From: Deltaproteobacteria bacterium
GTDB taxonomy: Bacteria; Desulfobacterota; Desulfuromonadia; Geobacterales; Pseudopelobacteraceae
Length of the DNA stretch: 64,000 nt
Direction: 5' to 3'
NCBI GenBank assembly: GCA_019162745.1
Contig: JAFLLC010000069.1
Location: 3,002-67,001, forward strand
The notes beneath the pieces are model-generated. The model had not been told where the DNA came from. It saw nothing but the letters and a program-made list of their open reading frames with translations, and searched no databases. Shown piece after piece: positions 59,299 to 64,000 of the stretch. Numbering within the stretch: position 1 is the stretch's first letter; each line of letters starts with the position of its first letter. Made by a program: the position numbers and the translations under genes.

Positions 59299-60564
59299 TC
59301 ACACCAAATTCCACGGAATCGCCATAACCTCACCCGTTATCCAGTACGGCTTGTCTACAGCGCAAATTACCGCGCCCAAACCGACCCGCCGTCCGGGATA
59401 TGCTGCTTTAAATGCGGTGATGCCCGACACATCCCGCCTGGATGGTTTGGTTGTCAATTTGAATTCAAACGGGTAGATAATATCATCTTTCTCCAGCAGT
59501 AGATCGACCTCGGCCCCGCCACCTGAACGCCAATGATACCACGACGGCCTAATTCCTGAGGCGGCGGCCTGTTTGCAAAGCTCCTGTACCATGGCGCTCT
59601 CGAACAGAGAGCCGAACAGCGGATGTGAGGCGAGCATTTTGGGGGATGATACCCGTGCATGAAAACAGGCAAGACCGGTATCGGTTATATGCCCCTTGGG
59701 GCGCATGGAAACCCGCTTGATAGAATTGCCGGAAAAAGGAGGGAGCTCGAACCACTGGAAGGTTGCCTCAAGAATCTTCAACCACCGCTTCGACGTCTGC
59801 GGAGTTATGCCTATCTCGCGCCCCAATTGACTGTAGTTTATCTCCTGGGCAGTCAATGCTGTCATCAGGCCGATAAAACGGCCAAACTCCTGCCAGTCCT
59901 GTATCTCTCCCATCAAACGCGCATCACGTTCAATGTACGTCCGATGGTAGCCGGCCCAGAAATCCGTGACCAGATCGTCGGGAAGCGGCTGCACCCCCGG
60001 CATGAATCCATTCCAGAGCCACGTTGTCAACTCTCCGGAATACCTTGCCGCTGTCCTGCTCCACTCCGGAAACTGCTCCGGGCTTTCCAGCCATCCGGTT
60101 AGCCAGCAACTGTCGGCATCGGATAATTCCTGTAACGAAAAACCTTGTAAGTCCAGAAAGGCAGCTCTTCCCGCAAGACTCTCGGACAAGGTCTTCAGCA
60201 CCTGCCACTGTTGTGAACCGGTGAGGATAAATTGGCCGGCTCTCTCGGGAGAACGGTCTACGAAGCGCTTGATGGCTGACACCAGCTCGGGAGCATACTG
60301 AATTTCATCAAGAATTAGAGGCGAAGGATGGTTGAGCAGAAAAAGATCCGGATCACGTCTGGCCCCCTCAAGGTCGAGGCTGGCATCAAACACGACATAA
60401 TCATACTGTGGAAACAGATGTTTAAGGAGCGTTGTCTTGCCCACCTGGCGGGCACCACTGACAACGACTACCGGAAAATTTTCCGTCAGACGGGCTAAAC
60501 GGGTTGAAAGAAGTCGGTTACGATACATATCTTGTATATTAGTGACAGCATCATTAATATGCAA
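59299..60564 (-). CDS. AAA_14-type ATPase fused to a DUF4143 / PD-(D/E)xK-like C-terminus
   Basis: Walker A GARQVGKTT and Walker B LILDEIQ. C-terminal GGGAEVDLLLEKDDIIYPFEFKLT fits D..ExK. The TTG start at 60564 is doubtful; ATG at 60528 (MYRNRLL..) gives the usual N-terminal length. Confidence 0.8.
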   Translation of the reverse strand: MHINDAVTNIQDMYRNRLLSTRLARLTENFPVVVVSGARQVGKTTLLKHLFPQYDYVVFDASLDLEGARRDPDLFLLNHPSPLILDEIQYAPELVSAIKRFVDRSPERAGQFILTGSQQWQVLKTLSESLAGRAAFLDLQGFSLQELSDADSCWLTGWLESPEQFPEWSRTAARYSGELTTWLWNGFMPGVQPLPDDLVTDFWAGYHRTYIERDARLMGEIQDWQEFGRFIGLMTALTAQEINYSQLGREIGITPQTSKRWLKILEATFQWFELPPFSGNSIKRVSMRPKGHITDTGLACFHARVSSPKMLASHPLFGSLFESAMVQELCKQAAASGIRPSWYHWRSGGGAEVDLLLEKDDIIYPFEFKLTTKPSRRDVSGITAFKAAYPGRRVGLGAVICAVDKPYWITGEVMAIPWNLV

Positions 60565-60663
60565 GGTATTTTCAATCCAATGACTCGCGTAACAGATTTC
60601 TCAAGATTTTATGTTCAAAATCCAAGTAATCATGAGGCTAAAAGATCTTTAGAACTCGACAGC

Positions 60664-61839
60664 CTACACCGCCTGCAGCACAAAACATTTCAGATATTCC
60701 GACTCCGGGAACGACAGCAACACCGAGTGATCCGCCGCCTGACTGCAGGTCTCCACCAATCGCACTTCACGCTTTGCCAACCGGGCCGCCTGAATCAGCA
60801 TATCACGGAACGCTTCGCGCCCCATGTGGTACGAGCAGGAGCAGGTGATCAGGTAGCCACCCGGCTCCAGCAGTTCCAAGGCGCGGCGGTTGACGGTCAG
60901 ATATCCCTTGGTCGCCTCGGCGATATTCTTGCGGCTTTTAACAAAGGCAGGGGGGTCCATGACGATCACGCCGAACCGGCGCCCCTCCTGATGGAGCGAA
61001 CGAAGCCGCTCAAAGGCGTCGCACTCCTCGAACTTCACCCGGTCCGACACCTTGTTCAGCTTGGCGTGACTGCTGGCCTGCCCTACGGCTCTTGCCGAAA
61101 TATCGACCCCGAGGACCGATGCTGCCCCGAACGATGCGGCATGAATCGCCCAACTCCCGGTATAGCAGAAACAGTCGAGTACGTTCTTTCCGGCGCTGAT
61201 CTCCCGCAGCAGCAGGTGGTTCTGTTTCTGATCCAGAAAAGCTCCGGTCTTTTGCCCTTCGCGCAAGTTTACCTGAAACGCAAGACCGTTTTCTTCCATA
61301 TCAACCCGTTCCGGTATTTCACCCCACAACGTTTCAATCTTTTCGTCCAGCCCTTCCAGCTTGCGGACGCCGACATCGTTACGGGCAATGATGCCGAGTG
61401 GTTCAAATATCTTCCGCAGAGCAGCCACAATAAGCTCGCGGCGACTGTCCATACCGGCCGAAAGAAACTGTGCCGACAGGTAATCTCCGTATCTGTCCAC
61501 TACCAATCCCGGCAGAAAATCGCTCTCGCCATAGATGGCGCGATAGGTAGTCAAACCGGGATAACGTGCCGTGCGGTGGGTCAGAGCTGCGGCAATACGC
61601 CCTTCATAGAATGCCGCTGTGTCGATTTCCTCCCTTTGCCGCGAGACCAACCGGAAAGCGATTAACGAATGCGGGTTATAATGGCCGACACCGATAAATA
61701 TACCGGCCGCATCATACAGCTCTGCGGCGACACCGGCAGAACAATCTCCCGCGATCTCGCGGATCTCATTACTGAACACCCAGGGATGACCGGACTTGAT
61801 ACGGCGCTCTTCATTTTTGTTGAGGGTGATTCTCGTCAT
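60664..61839 (-). CDS. rlmI: 23S rRNA (cytosine-C5) methyltransferase RlmI-like (PUA plus class I SAM MTase)
   Basis: Start at MTRITLNKNEERRIKSGHPWVFSNEI. VLDCFCYTGSWAIHAA SAM motif and VIVMDPPAF. The track ORF's 97-aa upstream extension lacks support. Confidence 0.8.
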   Translation of the reverse strand: MTRITLNKNEERRIKSGHPWVFSNEIREIAGDCSAGVAAELYDAAGIFIGVGHYNPHSLIAFRLVSRQREEIDTAAFYEGRIAAALTHRTARYPGLTTYRAIYGESDFLPGLVVDRYGDYLSAQFLSAGMDSRRELIVAALRKIFEPLGIIARNDVGVRKLEGLDEKIETLWGEIPERVDMEENGLAFQVNLREGQKTGAFLDQKQNHLLLREISAGKNVLDCFCYTGSWAIHAASFGAASVLGVDISARAVGQASSHAKLNKVSDRVKFEECDAFERLRSLHQEGRRFGVIVMDPPAFVKSRKNIAEATKGYLTVNRRALELLEPGGYLITCSCSYHMGREAFRDMLIQAARLAKREVRLVETCSQAADHSVLLSFPESEYLKCFVLQAV

Positions 61840-61968
61840 GTGGGGTCCTCTGCTTGCGCAACTATCTGCAAGATTTGAATTATTTACGCTGTCAGACTTG
61901 ACAGACAATGGTAATCCCTTGTACACCATTATGCACAAAATTACTTTCACAAACAGCAAAGGACACGC

Positions 61969-62598
61969 ATGATTGATCCCAACATACTCCTCATGTTTTT
62001 TACTACTTCGGTGCTGCTCGCTCTCTCCCCCGGTCCGGACAACCTTTTTGTCATGACCCAGGCCGCCCAGCAGGGGCGCAAGGCTGGTCTGCTCGTCACA
62101 CTGGGACTCTGCACCGGGCTTCTGGCCCACACCGCAGCGGTTACGTTCGGCTTGGCGGCTCTCTTCAAAACTTCGGCAGCCGCCTTCACAGTTTTGAAAT
62201 TTGCCGGAGCCGGATACCTGCTTTATCTGGCGGTGCTATCCTTCAGGGCTGGAACCGAAACCGGACCGACTGCTGCTGCCGATCGTTTGGGCACCGGCAC
62301 CCTTTACCGGCGCGGCATCATCATGAACATCACCAATCCAAAGGTGTCGATCTTTTTCCTCGCATTTCTGCCGCAGTTTGCCGACCCGGCCAAAGGGCCA
62401 CTGCCACTACAACTCCTGTTGTTGGGGGGGATTTTTATCGTCGCTACAATCATAGTTTTTGGTGCAATCAGCCTTCTGGCAGGTATTTTTGGGGAAAAGT
62501 TCCGAAAATCAGCTTTTGCACAAAAAGTGCTTAACCGTGCGGCGGGAGGGATTTTTGCCGGATTAGCGCTTAAACTGGCACTGGCGCAACGCGTATGA
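61969..62598 (+). CDS. LysE/RhtB family amino-acid exporter
   Basis: 209 aa, about 6 TM. N-terminal ..LALSPGPDNLFVMTQA and NPKVSIFFLAFLPQF motifs. Confidence 0.85.
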   Translation: MIDPNILLMFFTTSVLLALSPGPDNLFVMTQAAQQGRKAGLLVTLGLCTGLLAHTAAVTFGLAALFKTSAAAFTVLKFAGAGYLLYLAVLSFRAGTETGPTAAADRLGTGTLYRRGIIMNITNPKVSIFFLAFLPQFADPAKGPLPLQLLLLGGIFIVATIIVFGAISLLAGIFGEKFRKSAFAQKVLNRAAGGIFAGLALKLALAQRV

Positions 62599-63443
62599 CG
62601 GCCGCTACCCTTTACATCATTGCCACGCCGATCGGAAACCTGGAAGACATAACCTATCGGGCCGTGCGGATCCTGGGGGAAGTAGACCTTATCGCCGCCG
62701 AAGACACCCGACACTCGCTCAAACTGCTCAATCACTTTGGCATCTCCAAGCCGCTGACCTCTTATTTCGACCATAATCAACAGTTTAAAGGTGAGCGGAT
62801 CCTGAACGCACTGCGGCGGGGGAAATCTGTGGCGCTGATATCTGATGCCGGCACCCCCTGCATCTCCGACCCCGGTTTCCAACTGGTTCGTGATGCCGTA
62901 GCCGAGAATATTCCGGTAGTTCCGCTTCCGGGCGCCTGTGCCGCCGTGGCCGCCCTGGCGGCTTCCGGCCTGCCGACCGACAACTTTACCTTTGCCGGTT
63001 TTCCACCATCCCGCCAGGGAAAGCGACGCACGTTTCTATCCTGCATGAGCGATCTCCCCGGCACACTGGTTCTGTACGAAGCTCCCCATCGCCTGGTTCA
63101 AACCCTGAGCGACATTCGCGAGGTACTGGGGGAGCGGCAGGTGATAGTTGCGCGGGAACTGACCAAGATCTATGAAGAGTTTATCCGCGGCAACGCATCG
63201 GAGGTTATCGCAGCTGTTTCGCAGGACATTGTGCGCGGCGAAGTTGTTATTTTGGTCGCACCTGGTAAAATCACGCATCAGGAGTCAGAACCGCTCGAAA
63301 ATGTTCTCCGGCGCTTGATGGCCGACGAAACAGTTTCAGTCAAGGACGCGGCAAAGCAAGCTGCCGCAGTTGCTGGAGTTTCCCGCAGTGAAGCGTATGC
63401 TGAAGCTCTGAAATTGAAAAACGATGCAGATTCGGGATTCTAA
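62595..63443 (+). CDS. rsmI: 16S rRNA (cytidine1402-2'-O)-methyltransferase
   Basis: 282 aa. LYIIATPIGNLEDITYRAVRIL, IAAEDTRHS and SDAGTPCISDPG motifs. Confidence 0.93.
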   Translation: MTAATLYIIATPIGNLEDITYRAVRILGEVDLIAAEDTRHSLKLLNHFGISKPLTSYFDHNQQFKGERILNALRRGKSVALISDAGTPCISDPGFQLVRDAVAENIPVVPLPGACAAVAALAASGLPTDNFTFAGFPPSRQGKRRTFLSCMSDLPGTLVLYEAPHRLVQTLSDIREVLGERQVIVARELTKIYEEFIRGNASEVIAAVSQDIVRGEVVILVAPGKITHQESEPLENVLRRLMADETVSVKDAAKQAAAVAGVSRSEAYAEALKLKNDADSGF

Positions 63444-63601
63444 ACTTTCTGTACTAATATTCCTACCTGCTTCTTTACCAATAGGGAACTTACGGCCACT
63501 GCTGCCAGGATGCCGTACCCTTGAGTGAGCGGAGCGAATCAAATACCCCATGATTTAACCTAAATACGCTAAATACATGACTGTTACTGCGTTCAGGCAG
63601 A

Positions 63602-63629
63602 TTGACATATTGACTAATAGTTGTATTAG
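63602..63629 (+). promoter_or_regulatory. Putative sigma70 promoter for ppiC (TTGACA-16 nt-TATTAG)
   Basis: ttgaca at 63602-63607 and tattag at 63624-63629, about 60 nt upstream of the ppiC ATG, which has an AAGGAG RBS. Confidence 0.45.
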
Positions 63630-63687
63630 TGTCAAAAAGGTGCTCGCTACATATCAGCAGTAAAACAACAGATAAAAGGAGTTTAGC

Positions 63688-63969
63688 ATGGCTAAAGCAT
63701 CTGCCCGCCACATTCTGGTGGCAACCAAAGAAGCGTGTGAGGCGCTGAAAACAAAGATCGAAGCGGGGGAGGATTTTGCAGCATGTGCCCGCGATAATTC
63801 CCAATGCCCTTCCGGCAAGGATGGCGGCAATTTGGGTGAGTTCGGCCCGGGACAGATGGTAAAAGAGTTTGATGACGTTGTGTTTTCCGGCGAAGTAGGG
63901 AAAATCCTCGGGCCGGTAAAGACTCAGTTCGGCTATCATTTAATTGAAGTCACCAAGCGTTCAGAATAA
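63688..63969 (+). CDS. ppiC: Parvulin-type peptidyl-prolyl cis-trans isomerase
   Basis: 93 aa. ARHILV..CPSGKDGGNLGEFGPGQMVKEFDDVVF..GPVKTQFGYHLIEV matches the PpiC pattern. Confidence 0.92.
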   Translation: MAKASARHILVATKEACEALKTKIEAGEDFAACARDNSQCPSGKDGGNLGEFGPGQMVKEFDDVVFSGEVGKILGPVKTQFGYHLIEVTKRSE

Positions 63970-64000
63970 CAAAAGGATCTATGTATCATGAAGTTACTGG

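Noticed and set aside
60532-61665. 377-aa plus-strand ORF
   Set aside because: It is antisense to rlmI, whose PUA and SAM-MTase motifs are clear. It has no recognisable motif or RBS.
63987-64000. ATG preceded by AAAGGA at the extreme right edge
   Set aside because: Only 14 nt of the possible ORF lie in the window, which is too little to support a feature.
1-64000. Looked through the intergenic regions by eye for CRISPR arrays, tRNA/rRNA/tmRNA genes, integrases, transposases, reverse transcriptases and phage structural genes
   Set aside because: I saw none. The only multi-copy sequence noticed is the three-copy palindromic element. The intergenic regions are too short or lack cloverleaf-like or direct-repeat structure. 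A computational scan (tRNAscan-SE, Infernal/Rfam, CRISPR detection) would be needed for certainty.

Overview
The window looks like a chromosomal segment of a Gram-negative, deltaproteobacterium-like organism. The Geobacter/Desulfuromonas affinity is inferred from gene order and was not verified. GC is roughly mid-50s %, estimated by eye.

Most of the window is densely packed core genes:
- a two-component pair (1-2.9 kb)
- murA-hisGDCB (3.1-8.0 kb)
- a YbgF-type TPR lipoprotein
- a K+-independent H+-pyrophosphatase
- RNase E/G
- an NHL-propeller lipoprotein
- a ~25 kb co-directional outer-membrane/LPS supercluster (15.0-40.8 kb): lysS-lolCD-bamA-skp-lpxD-fabZ-lpxA-lpxB-msbA-lpxL-waaA-lpxK-ycaR, then GT9/GT4/GT4/GT2 transferases, a methyltransferase, two more GT9, an epimerase and a lipid kinase
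- tcdA, rho, rpmE, thyX, DUF1385, an RluA-family synthase, an SDR, an RRM protein and a DUF4139 protein
- at the right end rlmI, a LysE-family exporter, rsmI and ppiC

I found no rRNA, tRNA, CRISPR array, integrase or transposase.

The features worth a second look are:
1. A ~175-nt palindromic intergenic repeat occurs in three copies (8.0, 27.7 and 40.9 kb). One copy is inverted and one carries an 81-nt internal insertion.
2. A damaged-base DNA repair island lies at 49.6-54.3 kb. The uncharacterised TIGR03916 radical-SAM / TIGR03915 pair is split by a cysteine-poor MutY-like glycosylase and a small zinc-ribbon ORF. The radical-SAM gene sits 18 nt downstream of an EndoQ-like PHP nuclease.
3. 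A mosaic accessory run on the minus strand (54.4-60.6 kb) has lower-GC patches. It holds a SEC-C protein, a degenerate HNH, a SHOCT lipoprotein and a 430-nt gene-free gap with an orphan plus-strand terminator. It also holds a three-gene cassette (AAA_14/DUF4143 ATPase-nuclease, a 161-aa orphan, a YhcG/DUF1016 PD-(D/E)xK nuclease) that is a candidate uncharacterised defence module.
4. A second AAA_14/DUF4143 gene is inserted in the LPS core cluster.

All functional calls rest on motifs read in the supplied translations. No database search was run.
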